DNA of 64,000 bases from Eledone cirrhosa. Its lineage: Eukaryota. Shown in pieces: positions 1-12,600 of the stretch; within the stretch, counting starts at the first letter, position 1; each line of letters begins with the position of its first letter. The notes under the pieces are model-generated. The model ran no database searches and had not been told where the DNA came from. It worked only from the letters and a program-made list of their open reading frames with translations. The position numbers and the translations under genes were made by a program. The stretch is taken from the NCBI GenBank assembly GCA_964016885.1, contig OZ024742.1, positions 118,792,001-118,856,000 of the forward strand, written 5' to 3'.

Positions 1-599
1 TCTTTGTGTTGTGAGATGTGGTGCCAAGGTTGGAGGGGGAAGAATGTCTTGCAACACATGTTGTCCCAGATTAGAGATTTACCTCCCTCAAATGAGAAGA
101 AGGTTATTTTGTCTGGCCACTTACCATCACTTCAGTTGAGGCCAGCAGGCTTCAATTGTGACAAGAAACTGGCCACGTCAAGACTCCTGATGGCATTCAA
201 GGCAATATGTTAAGGGAACTGACAACAGCTGTTCTCAAATCTAGGTTCTATTAAATCAACAACAACCCTTTTTCTTTCATTTCTTAAAAGAAAACAAGAT
301 ACTATAAATAAACATCTAGAATTGTTGGAACAATGTTACTTATTTTGTTTTCTCTTTTTTTCTCTTTGCTTTTGCAGATGTTAACTATACACTCACATTA
401 ACTATACATTAATATACATTAACAAATTATTTTTAATATGAGTGATACAACTACTAGCAATATATTACAGATTTATTATAAATGCTCATAACATTTTACA
501 TGTATTAACAATTGAGCAAAGCTGCCACTGATTACTATGTTACCCAACATACCAAGTAAAAGGAAATAACAGATTGTAGGCTTAGCAGTATGTCCCTTG

Positions 600-960
600 C
601 ACATGAAGTGATACAATGAGATAGTATCATTTTACTAACAATGCTTGGGTTTGACTTTTGTGTCAGTGTTAAGATTTTCTAACCAGTTAACTATTTTAAA
701 CAATGGTTGCAGCATGCAGGAGAGAAGACTTTGATGGTATGGATGTGTGATATGTATGAAGATTGACAGCTGCATAAAGAAATACAGAGCTCTTGAAGTC
801 AAAGGAACCTTTGAAAGGAGAAGACCTAGGAAAATGTGGGATGATGTGGTGAAGGCTGATCTCATACAGCTGAATCTCACAAAGGAAATGACCCAGGACT
901 GAGAAAACTGGGGATATTATGTAATATGGAGAACTTGCCTTCCCATGCAAGTAGAATGAA
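600..960 (+). mobile_element. decayed RTE LINE 3' coding fragment
   Basis: Interrupted CSMQERRL*WYG..GRPRKMWDDVVKADL, similar to RTE C-termini at 37213-37455 and 55860-56100. Confidence 0.6.
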
Positions 961-1794
961 GCAGCACAAAGAGAATAGCAAAATGCATACCTCCCTCTAC
1001 CCTAAAGCTGAAAAAGCAGGGAGATGATACAGCACTCAGTCCCACTACCACCACCACCTGCCAGTATACTTCTGAATTCCCTCCAGCATGCATGCCGCTG
1101 ATCCCCTTCTCCACCCTAAACCTGAAGAAGCAGAGAGATAGAACAACTGTCAGGTCCTCACATGCTAGTATACACCTGACATCTTCACCCAACCCTTGCT
1201 GCCATGGAAAGCTAGACTGTACCTTGACTTATAACCCCCCCCCCCCCCTAAACTCTTGTGCCTCCAACACTTTCCCACCTTAGGAAAGCCTGGCACACCC
1301 CAGAATATGTCAGTCATCATCCACTTGCTTGAAGGCCATCACCATGATGCACCTCCCTCCAGTAGTGCAATGTCTCTACCTCAGTCCCAACCTTACCAAT
1401 GCATCCTGAGATAGTGCTGGTGCTATGATGAAAAGCACCTAGTCCACTCTGTAAAATTGGTAGTACCGGTGTCATGATAAAATTCTCCCAGTATATGCTG
1501 TAAATGGTTGGTGTTAGGAAGGGCATCCAACCATAGAAAACATGCTCCCAATACATGCTGTAAAGGGGTCAGCATTAGGAAAGACATCCAGCCGTAGAAA
1601 CCAAGCCAAAACAATGTAGGAGCATGACCTAGTCACCTGATGCAACTCCAGATGGAGTTGTAGGGGTGCAGTAATGACATATGACGAGTCTTGTGCATTT
1701 TAAGCCTGGCAGAGCCCATCCCCTCTCCAGGTCTGAACACAGTAGATTTCTTCCATAGAAGGAGTGAAAGGGACAGAGAGGAAATGAGGAAGAA

Positions 1795-1950
1795 TCAACT
1801 CCAGTATTGGACAGGTACTTTCTTTATCGACCTTGAAAGGATGAAAGTGTAAAGTTGACCTTGGCAGGATTGGAAGTCAGACTGCATATAGCTGGAACAA
1901 ATACTGCAAAGTATTCTATTCAACATTCTACAGATTCTGACAGTTCACCG
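1795..1950 (-). mobile_element. SINE family B (tRNA-like head, Nin/Deu-type domain), decayed
   Basis: Reverse complement of caactt..ctttcatccttt..ggtcgataaa..agtacc. Confidence 0.55.
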
Positions 1951-2417
1951 ATATTTTAAAGAAAGGTGTCTCTGTTCCCAATATACTGTCTGTAAACACA
2001 TGGTGTTTATTTTATAAAACAATTTTCAATTTACTCCTATTTCAGTACCCATAAGTACTTAAAAGAATAGGAAAGATCTATTTATTAATAAATTTTATTA
2101 TCATCATCATCACTATTTAACATTTATTTTCCATGCTTGCATGGGTTAGATAGGATGTCATGTTATGAGGCTAGCCAGATAAGGTGATCATGTTTTGCTC
2201 TTACAATTTGTTTTTGGCTTCGTCTTTTTACAGCTGGATGCTCTTCTTAATACCAATTATAGTACAGTGTTTCCTTATTCTCAATAAACTATATTTCACT
2301 TGAAACAGTTTGTAATTTTATATTTGATAACATTTTCATAAATAACTAAAATTAAATGAATTTTCAAAATCTTGACTATGTTTCTTTCTTCCTTCCAGTT
2401 ATCCATGTGAACATGAA

Positions 2418-4574
2418 ATGCAGGTGGAGGAAAAGAAAGTTTCTACCTCAGACAATATATTTCATGAAGAAGTAGACCCAAGGAGTTATATCAGTAAAGA
2501 AAACAATATAAATGATGATGTTAACAATACCCTTATCACTGGAGTATGTTTGGATTCAAGTTCAAATGGTTTTGCTGCCCCAAGTGAAATCATTATAAAT
2601 TTAAAAGATAAAATCAGCAGTCCACATGTAGAACCTGGTGGCATAGCTATCAAAGACTTTGATAGTGTGCTTATTGCAGAGAAAACTAAACCAATAGAAA
2701 TATATTATGAAGACGAAAACCTCAATGAATGTGTTGATAGTGATGCTCCTCTGCTCAGTTCATCTGTTGAAAGTGATATCCCTCTGCTCAGTACATCTGT
2801 TAAGTGTCATGTTCCTCTACTCAGTTCATCTGTTGAAAGTGATACCCCTCTGCTCAGTTCATCTGTTGAAAGTGATGGTTCAGTAGATATGGAAATACTA
2901 AATCCATTAGATATTTCTAAGAGAAATGAATCAGACACTGATGTTTCACTTTTAAGTCTCTCTAGTGACGAAGTTAGTAACTCTGAGCCTGAAGAGTATA
3001 TTAATTATGATCTTGCATATGTCACTGCTTCTGATAATTATAACACATTACCGAATGTTGCAGATAGTAAAAGTGACAAATTTGTTTATCCATTAAATTT
3101 AAGCAATCAACCAACTGACACATTGCACTCTTATGATAATATAATCACTGATTCTAAAGAAGTATTTGTACCTGAAGCAAAACAACTAACAGAAATATTT
3201 ATGGATCAAAATCCTCATTCTACAGTAATTATTGACAGCAGCATCTCTATTCATCACTCACAGACATGTTTGGAGGAGTCTCTAATCAGTAATGCTTCTC
3301 AGATGAATGGTAATGAACAACAACTATATGGAGAAGCTATTCAAGGAACACTTACCTTGGAAAAGCAAGATAGTTGTGACAGTACATTGCCACTTATCGA
3401 GACTGAAGTAATTTCTGTTGACCCTATTTATTCTTCAGAAACTAATAATTTCAGCAAAGAAAAAGATGTTTCTTTGCTTCATTTATTTGGAAGCTCAAAC
3501 TTACTTTCCACTTCTCACTGTTCAAGCCAAGAGCATGTGAACTTATCAGATGCTTGTATTCACATGTTAAATAACTTAAACAACAGTTATTCTAATATAT
3601 CATTAATGCATATATCTTCCTTGAAGAATATTGAAGAGGCCTATAAGGACAATATGTCTGTTATATCTTCTGAAATAACAAAAACTACAAACCATTGGAA
3701 GAATTTAATTGCATATAGTATTGGATTCATGGTTATGAACATGGCATTTGGATCCTTACGTCATTTGCAGAGTAGTATTAACAATAGTAATGGTATTGGA
3801 CTTATAACATTGTCTTGTCTGTTTGCTTTCTTCGTTATAGGATCTTTATTTGCATCCTATGTTGTTAAACAACTTGAACCTCGCCGAGCCACCCTTGTAA
3901 CTGTCCTATTTCATATCATATATGTAATTAGCAATTGTTATCCCAGTATCTACATTCTTATGCCAGCATCAGCACTACTTGGATTTTGGAATGCTGTATC
4001 TTGGGGTGCTCAAGGAGTATATATTCAACGTCTTTCCTGTGATTATGCCATGAAGAAAGGACAAAAGACTGAACACATTTGTAGTAAATTCCATGGGGTG
4101 TTTTATTTGATATTGTTTTTCTCAGAAGTGTTTGGAAATTTAATTTCTTCTTTAATACTAAGCGTCAGCAACACGGGTTCATCATTAAATGAGCAAAATC
4201 AGACAGAGTTCCATTATGTAAGTTCTACTATAGAAACAATTACCAATAGGAGTCAGCAATGTGGTATAAGATACAGCCACATAAACCACGAAGATGAGAA
4301 AACTGCTCCAATATCACAAAATACTATATTTCTTTTGACCGCTATCTTTACTGGTTTAGATTTATTAGCTTTTGCTATTATCTTCTTTTTTGTGGATCCT
4401 CTCACTTCTTATTACAACAATATTTTACCTCAGACAGCCGGAAGCTGTGGAAAAGTGTGGAGAGATTTAAAATCCGTCTTAATTTTCATGAAAGACTGGC
4501 GGTTTTTATTATTAATTCCAATTTATTTATTTAGTGCCATGCATTTGGCATACATCAGTGCAGAAATAACGAAG
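2418..4574 (+). CDS. UNC93-family MFS transporter (UNC93A-like), first visible coding exon
   Basis: 727-aa ORF whose C-terminal half has UNC-93 motifs (KNLIAYSIGF..AFGSLRHLQSSIN, YVISNCYPSIYILMPASALLG, WGAQGVY, FGNLISSLIL, DWRFLLLIP). Donor AAG|GTAGGT at 4574/4575, phase 0. Pyrimidine tract plus CAG acceptor at 2396-2398 with an open frame, so an upstream exon is possible. Confidence 0.9.
2732..2876 (+). repeat. coding 33-bp tandem repeat (about 4 units, VESDxPLLSSS)
   Basis: tgttgaaagtgata(c/t)ccctctgctcagttcatc units. Confidence 0.9.
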
Positions 4575-5269
4575 GTAGGTTATATAAATCTAATCACATA
4601 ATTTTACTTTATTCAGAAGTTTTCTATGTTGCTCTCACCCTCTCTCTCCCTATCTTTTCACTTTTCAACATAGTTCATACTTTGTTTTAAAGTATTTTTA
4701 TTTAAATGCTTTTATTTTCATTTTTAATAGGCATATGATATCAAATCCTATTGTTCATTCAGATGCTTATTTATTTCATGAAAATAACAATGAAAATTTA
4801 GCTTTTTACTTGAACATTTGCATTAGTTCTTCAATGAACTAAAATTTACAGCTCACACCTTTACAGGTTTAGCTGATCTTCAAACTTTCATCTCGTGCAT
4901 CAGCTCTTAGGGTGTTGTAGCAGTGCTTTTAATTTGTTATCCAATCTATACTCTTCTTCTAACCATGCAACATGTTTTTATTTGTTAACCTAAAGAAAAG
5001 GTTAGGCCAAATGGAGAAAGTATGAAAGTAGTATTCAATTAAATGACTTTGTAGACTGGTAGACTCATTATTCCAATCTGAATTAAAACTCAGAGTTAAG
5101 TGAACCAATATCTACTTCCAGCTAATTAGAAATATTTTATATGTATAGTGACAAGCTATTTCTCTCTTTAAAATATATTTGTTTCTTGCTTACAAAAAAC
5201 TGAAGCTTAACATAATCTTTACTATTATTATAAAGTACTATTTATGTTTCACTACAATATTTCTAACAG

Positions 5270-5405
5270 GCATTTGCAACATGTATGCTTGGTGTTCATA
5301 TGGTTGGCTATTTGATGATTTGTTATGGTATATCTGATGCTCTCAGTTCGTACATATCTGGTTGGCTGAATCAAATTACTGGTAGAATTTTACTAATAAC
5401 AATAG
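5270..5405 (+). CDS. UNC93-like exon 2
   Basis: ttctaacAG|GCA acceptor; translates AFATCMLGVHMVGYLMICYGISDALSS..; G|GTAAG donor, phase 1. Confidence 0.9.
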
Positions 5406-7091
5406 GTAAGATAAATTTTCAACTCTATTTACCTTTCTTGTTGATTTCTTTTGCATTTATTGAATTTTTGATTGTTTTTTAACCGAATCTATAAAAATGT
5501 CAAATTGAATTATATTGTTATTTATATGTATTAAATGTATACTATTAATATCAGCTTTGCCCATTAAGTCAGTAATTAACATCAATAAAAAGTAAGCTGA
5601 TATCATTCTTTAATATTATTAAAATAATAGAAATTTAAGGAATAAATATATCCACTGAACCATTTCCTCTCTATTATGTCTACTATTATATTTGTAGTTT
5701 ATTTCCACTTCTCATTAGACATCTACATTCAGTTGACACTGAGAGAAATAAGATGCTTTTATTTTCAAAATTTTAGTTTAAGAGATTGGTTTTAAGATTT
5801 GTTAATAATCTGTGTCCAACAGATAATCTTTTGATTTCAGATGAAATATCTAACAAGAATTTTTGGAATGAATACATCTCTAAATAACAGTAAATTCTAC
5901 TAAATATAATATTTCCTCTTTGCAATAGACTTTCTTAAGCTATAAAGCATAACAGTTTGTATATGGTGCTGAAAACTAACTTATGTTATTTCCTTGGTTC
6001 AGTTATACCTAGAGCTCAAGTTGTATTGCTCAGTATTCACTTGGTTGACTGAAAATCTAACGCACAAGCAAACTAATTATGTTATTTTAAAAATAAACTT
6101 TCAATATTCATCAATAATTCAGTTCTTTAGTAGTTCATAAGAAAATAAAAGAGGACTATATCATTGCATATTTGTAGTTCTTTCAACTTAGAAATAGTTC
6201 AAATTCACAAATATTAGTTGAAATATTACTCTGAATAGATTTTATAACTTCTTTAATAAACTTTGTTATTGCTGACTGGGCAAAGTTGTTATCATAACAT
6301 TTTAATCAATTTTTTCATTTTCATACTTAGTTTGTTGCATTTATTATATGAAATGTTCTAAATGATGCATTGTATTTTAAGATGAGGTAAGTAATGGAAA
6401 CATGGGTTTCAATGCTACGTCCTGTAGTTTTCAGTTGGCACCATTCAAAAGGAAATCCATCCTACTTCTGCTTTCAGTATAATAAAAGAATTGAAAGAAG
6501 TCTGTAGAACAGGAACAGCAGAGAAGGAAATGTAATTCTGGTGATGAGGTTTTTTCCAAAGAGACCATTTGTCTGAGTCAAGTAAAAGTGCCAGTGTCCA
6601 AATAGGGAGGTCAGTTCATGGGCTGATAGCAATAACAAACAAGTGGGCAGATCATCAGAGATGTAGACTACTGGAACAAGGTTCATCTGTAATATGAATT
6701 TCAGGAAGATCCTATCTGTAGCATTTTCATCAAATGAGCAATCTGATTTTAAATGTTCTGAATATAACGGTACGTATGCCAGTTTTTGTCCGCAATACAA
6801 GGTAACACAAAGGGTAGGACATGTTTTACTGTTTTACTTTATCATGTGAATGATTTTAAATGTGATATAATTCTGGAAAATATAGGCAAGATGTACACCA
6901 ATTAATCTTCAGTTCTTCTTAACTTTCCTTATTTCCCACTTTTTAAATTTTGGTTCTTATCTGGCACATATCAGTCAATTCTCTTTCAAAAATATTTGCC
7001 AATTGTTATGAATTTTTTCTTTCTCATATGAAACTACTGGATCAATAACGTGTATATATATATATATATATATACGCTATACAATAGCGTG

Positions 7092-7152
<61 letters not shown>

Positions 7153-7203
7153 TATATATATATATAATATAATATAATATATATATATATATATATAATA
7201 TAA

Positions 7204-7392
7204 GGGCGGTGGATTGGCAGTATCGGTAGAGGGTCGGACGCCATGCTTTCCAGCATAGTTACATCCCTTTACGATCTGAGTTCAAATCCCGCCGAGGTTG
7301 ACTTTGCCTTTCATCCTTACGGGGTCGATGAAATAAAGTACCAGTAACGCACTGGGTAATTCTTGGCCTAGTGCCTAAAGTAGAAACAATTA
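7204..7392 (+). mobile_element. SINE family B
   Basis: A-box-like tggcagtatcggtaga, B-box gagttcaaatccc, GCCTTTCATCCTTACGGGGTCGATGAAATAAAGTACCAG core; many near-identical copies in the window. Confidence 0.85.
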
Positions 7393-7713
7393 TATATATA
7401 TATATATATATATTATATTATATATATATATTATATATATATATATATTATATATATATATTATATTATATATTATATATTATATATATATATATATTAT
7501 ATTATATATATATATATTATATATTATATTATATATATATATATTATATATTATATTATATATATATATATATATTATATTATATATATATATATATATA
7601 TATTATATTATATATATATATATATATATATTATATTATATATATATTTATATATATATATATTATATATATATATATATTATATTATATATATATATTA
7701 TATATATATATAT
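7393..7713. repeat. (TA)n/(TTATA)n microsatellite
   Basis: direct reading. Confidence 0.95.
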
Positions 7714-7730
7714 GAGGTAATTGAAAGTAT

Positions 7731-7819
7731 AATTCTTCAGTGACTGATCAGTTTCTTCTCAATAGAGAATCATAATGATCCTCTACTCAGACGAAACTGG
7801 TCGATCTCAATGAGGAATT
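7731..7819 (+). ncRNA. decayed type I hammerhead ribozyme motif
   Basis: aattcttca/tgaggaatt stem; CTGATCA core (G8>C); GTTT/AGAC stem II; GAAA; ACTGGT stem III; GTC triplet. Confidence 0.55.
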
Positions 7820-7914
7820 GTTCCTTTTAGTCCCTCAATAAAAACATCTACTCTACATATGTATTTAATGTATTTTCTTTTCCTTTTAAATATACCCATG
7901 CTAAATATTATATA

Positions 7915-7949
<35 letters not shown>

Positions 7950-8119
7950 GAATATGCTTATATATATTAATACATGTATATATATATGCATATAACAGTT
8001 CTGTATGAGTAAGACTGTCACCTGACCTGACTTGCTTCAAACAGGACAACCCATCTAAGCCATCCTAGCGTGAAAAATGGACGTTAAACGATGATGGGTA
8101 TGCATATAATGATGGATAT

Positions 8120-8185
<66 letters not shown>

Positions 8186-10482
8186 TTATATGTGTATCTA
8201 CATATATGTGCAGCTGTGTGTGAATGTTTGCTATCTTAAATTATTCTTCAGTGAGAATGATCAGTTTTATCTGCTGACTTTTTTTTTTCTTTTTTCAAAT
8301 CTATTTTCAATCCATTTTCAAATAGATTTGAAAATTTTGTATATTTTGTTGATTTGAGATATTTTAATACAGTCATTGCTGGCATTGCAACTAAGTTTGG
8401 AATATCAGTGAAGCTTATTATTATTATTTCATATCTGTGTAAGGTGAGTGACTTCTTCATTGAATCTGTGTGGCAGCATTTTTCTGACTTCCTAGCAAAG
8501 AATGTTCTAATATACAATGAGATATAACTATTTTTTCTTTTGATATTGTTTCTCATATATTATGTCTTTTTATTTGTGTATTTCCATTTTTCAAATAAAG
8601 TGTTTTATATTTGCTTTTTAAAGGTTTATTAATAAATAGAAAACACCTTTAAAAGCACTCTTTGCATCCCAATTTAGAATTAAAGTCCCAAAGCTCTATC
8701 AATACTAAAAACTCCCCAATCAGTGCAGACAAATAATGGTGATTATAAGGATAATGTTATAGTTGACATCACTGTTATTTAGAATTTTATTTAGGATCTT
8801 AATCCTAAAATTAATAAATATGTATAAATAGGGAGACACAAAGCAGGCTTTGTTTACAAACAGCTAGCGAATTTGAAAATTAGGTAATAACAGACTAATT
8901 TTATTTAGTCAAATACGGTGTAACACATATTATTACCTAATTTTAAAATTAATAAAGGTTTTACTAGTTTGCCACAAGATTTACTGAATGTTTTCCTTTT
9001 TATTTCGAAGTACTTTTTAAAAGACCAAAGTGTTTTCACTGGATTCTAAACATTAACTCATAACAATATTATCTAAGTTACTCAACTATGATTAAGAAAT
9101 ATTAAATTCTGTTTTAGGATAGATATTTTAAATAGTCAAATTTGTATCCCCTCAAGAGTCATCATTTTATTTTTAAATACTCAAATGACCAGAAGTAGAA
9201 AAAACAAATTCTTCTTTTCTAGTTTGAAGCTATTTGCTTTGAGTAACTTCTAGTAGCAGTCCTTTTGCATTTTTATTTATACAGGTTAGAATTTCTAAAA
9301 TAACTTGATCTTAGGTTTGTATAATGTGTATAAATGAAATGACATATATGAGGATACAAGAATCATAGGATTTTCACTGATTCTGTGCCTCATTATGCTG
9401 AAGTGAAATTTTTGAGCTTTGACTTCATCATCCCATTAGAGTTATAATATCAAGAATGGTGTGAGCATTATATAATCAACTACTTCTCTTCCCTTATAGC
9501 ATTAGTCAAAAGAAATTGTATTTGTATAGAATACTATTGAAATAAACTCAGTCACTAAAGTAATAATCTGGTAGCTTGGCCAAAAACATACACCATGGCT
9601 TAGTTACTTTTGCTTCTTTCTTTGACATATATACCATATGCAAAATATATGAAAATGAACACTATAACTTTCCAATTACTCCCTTTCTCAGAATTTTCAG
9701 CTTTATTTTTCTCCTTAAAGTTCTAAGTTTCATAAAGGATCATATACAGCATAGATATACAATGTTTAAAACCATGTTTTGAAAAATCGAATATATTCCC
9801 AGAAAGTGTTACTAGAATATTGATGTTTTTTTTACACACATAATTAATACTCTGTTTAACCAACAATCTTTAAAATCAAAATATTTTCCCTTTTCTTTTA
9901 TTTTCTTTACGTGTTGTTCTAGAAAGGAAGAGTTAGGAACATAAATCATGATAATTCTCCTCCACAGAGGGAAAAAAAAGATAAGCTATTGTGTTAGAGC
10001 CCCCTGTTGGTCCTGATTGAGTAGATCTAAGATCAAAAGTATTCCAGCCATGACCATCTCGGCTTATCTGGGATGACTCTGTCCAATGTATTGCTCCTTT
10101 TTTAAGATAATATAGGGTTTAATCTGGTGGCTCTAAATAAAATGAATTGGTAATATTGGTGTTGTTGGTTCAAGGAAATGAATACAACCACTAAATGTAG
10201 AAAGTCTGAGCAACAAATTATTAATTTGTTTTGTGGTATTTATATTGAGTGACTTGAGTAAGGTGTGTGTGTGACAACTGTTATTGAGTGATTTTGGAAT
10301 ATTTGCTGTTTAAAATAAAATGTGGAACTGGTGAAGCATTTTAAAGTTTTTTCAAAATCAATGATCTAACTTAGTTTATAAGGCACCATGAGCCAATTAT
10401 AAGATGACAACCTATTACTCTGTCATCTGACCACCATATGTCAATATATATATATATATATAGTGTATGTGATTCAGTGAAT

Positions 10483-10578
10483 TATTGACAACCTGACGAG
10501 CAGATTGATAATGGAGCCAGGTCCAGAACTCCTATAGCTGACCCTGAACCTCTACGAAACGTGCGTAACCAGTCGATA
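10483..10578 (+). ncRNA. type I hammerhead ribozyme motif with disrupted proximal stem I
   Basis: CTGACGA at 10493-10499; GCAGA/TCTAC stem II; GAAA at 10556; ACGTGCGT stem III; GTA triplet; distal tattgac/gtcgata pairing. Confidence 0.6.
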
Positions 10579-10711
10579 CACAATAAAAAAACTAAATACA
10601 TATAAACGAAACATTGTTTTTCTTAATATATATATATTGATATTGATATATGTTGATCAGGTGACATACACAGTAAATAGTATGTTGCCATCTTATGTAT
10701 GTATAAATATA

Positions 10712-10787
10712 CAGGGTGTCCCCCAAAAAGGTATACACACTGATTAGCATGCTTTTGAAGTATGTATACATTTTTAGGGACGCCTTG
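10712..10787. mobile_element. Tc1/mariner-type MITE
   Basis: TA|CAGGGTGTCCCCCAAAAAGGTATACA...TGTATACATTTTTAGGGACGCCTTG inverted termini; related copy at 57711. Confidence 0.7.
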
Positions 10788-10928
10788 CATATCTATGAAT
10801 ATATATGTATATATTTGTATGTATGTATATATATATATATATATATATATACATACATACATACATACATATATGCGTGCGTGTGTGTGTGTGTGTATAT
10901 ATATATATATGTATATATACATATATGT

Positions 10929-10959
<31 letters not shown>

Positions 10960-10960
10960 C

Positions 10961-11005
<45 letters not shown>

Positions 11006-11479
11006 CATTCAAATATTCAACCTCTGTGCCCACATGTCTGCAAATCATTTTAGTTGCAGTTAACTATTTGGTTTTTATTATATTTTTTCTTCAGAAGAGG
11101 AATTTCTTTTGATGGAGTTCCTTCCCTACTATTCTGTCACTTATGAAAGCAATTATCATAGTGCACTCTTTTTGTAAAGAGTAAATTGCTAAAAGGGTTT
11201 TACAAAATAAATGGTAAATTGTATTTGGTGAAAATTATAAAAATCCAAACTCATATGTGTGAACATATATGTGATCCTGCTGTATTGCTTATGGAATCAT
11301 ATTTTTATAAGATAGATGATAGAAAATTATTCATTGATACAGTTAGATTATTTTTCCTATTTAGATAATAAGAAATTAATTTGGTTGAAATGCTTCAGAT
11401 TCAAAGAACATTTATCTGAATATTATGATAAATAACACAATTGCACAACAAATAAATATATCAAAGTTTTCACATTAGC

Positions 11480-12600
11480 TGAGTATATTTCATACTTATG
11501 TCTCCATCAGAATGTTTTCATGTATATAAGCTGCTTCTCACACACACAACTAAAACCCATAAATCCCACATCTGTGCTACAGAAGTCCAACCAAAGACCA
11601 CTTACTATAACTTCTGGAGGAAGTCATTCACCACCAACACCACTTGGAAAGCTTTTGCCTTTTACTTCAACCACCACCAAAAAAATCAGATGAAATTTTG
11701 CATCACACATCCTACATGCAGAGCATGCTAGTTTCCCGGGTGATCTCTAATGTAATCTTCCTATTCACTGCTTCCCAACCAAAATTTGTTAGCAGCATCC
11801 TCTCTGAAAAAAAAAAATCCTCACATTTGCTACTCATTTCATTTCCAACTCCACTCACATACTTTCTACTCTCTATATACAGTTGTTATGTGGGCAACTT
11901 TCTGATTACTTTAAACCAGTATAGTGACCAGTCTTAACATCATTCATTTCATCACACTCATACAGGAGGCTTTATTTTTACTAAACCTTTAAACTTTTCC
12001 ATCTTTGTGGATATGTTCTAGTTACCAACCTATCATTTTTGCTTCCAAAATCTCAAAGTTAATAGAAACAGTTGCCAACAATCATTTTCTTCATCAATTT
12101 TACTCTCTTCTTCCTTAGTGATCACTAGTATGGATTCACTAGAGTCATATCTATGAGTGACTTGATCTATGTCACTCACCAGTGGCCTTTTGCTCTTGAC
12201 AACTTCAGTGAAAGCAAGGCATATACAAAGCCTATAACTTTGTATGTATGAAAACGATATACTAGTCCCTTTCAACAGCAGAAACGTTCAATTACTGAAG
12301 CAGTCTTGTATCTTACCATCTCTAGTCATGAATAACACACAACTAAGATCCTCTACAAAGCTTAAGTAAAAGCTACATTGGAGTACTATGTGCATATAAT
12401 GCTACACCTGCAAACATTGTAGATTACATTGAAAGGAGAGCCATTCAACTGATTAGCAATGATTCAGTCACTAATTTTCTTCAATCACTTGCTCACATGT
12501 ACTATTTCTTCTTTCTTCTTTGCCTACCACTATGTACAACAAAAATTTCTTTTAATTTTGGAATAATTATCTGCATATCTTCTTTCACTGAGAGCCCAGT
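11480..12600 (+). pseudogene. highly decayed LINE RT relic (CR1/Jockey-group-like)
   Basis: Remnant LYKA*VKATLEY..HI and IERRAIQLI motifs at about 12350-12455; higher GC than flanks; boundaries approximate. Confidence 0.5.

Noticed and set aside
6474-6800. 108-aa minus-strand ORF or cryptic exon in intron 2
   Set aside because: No recognisable domain; plus-strand frames contain stops; the UNC93 model is complete without it
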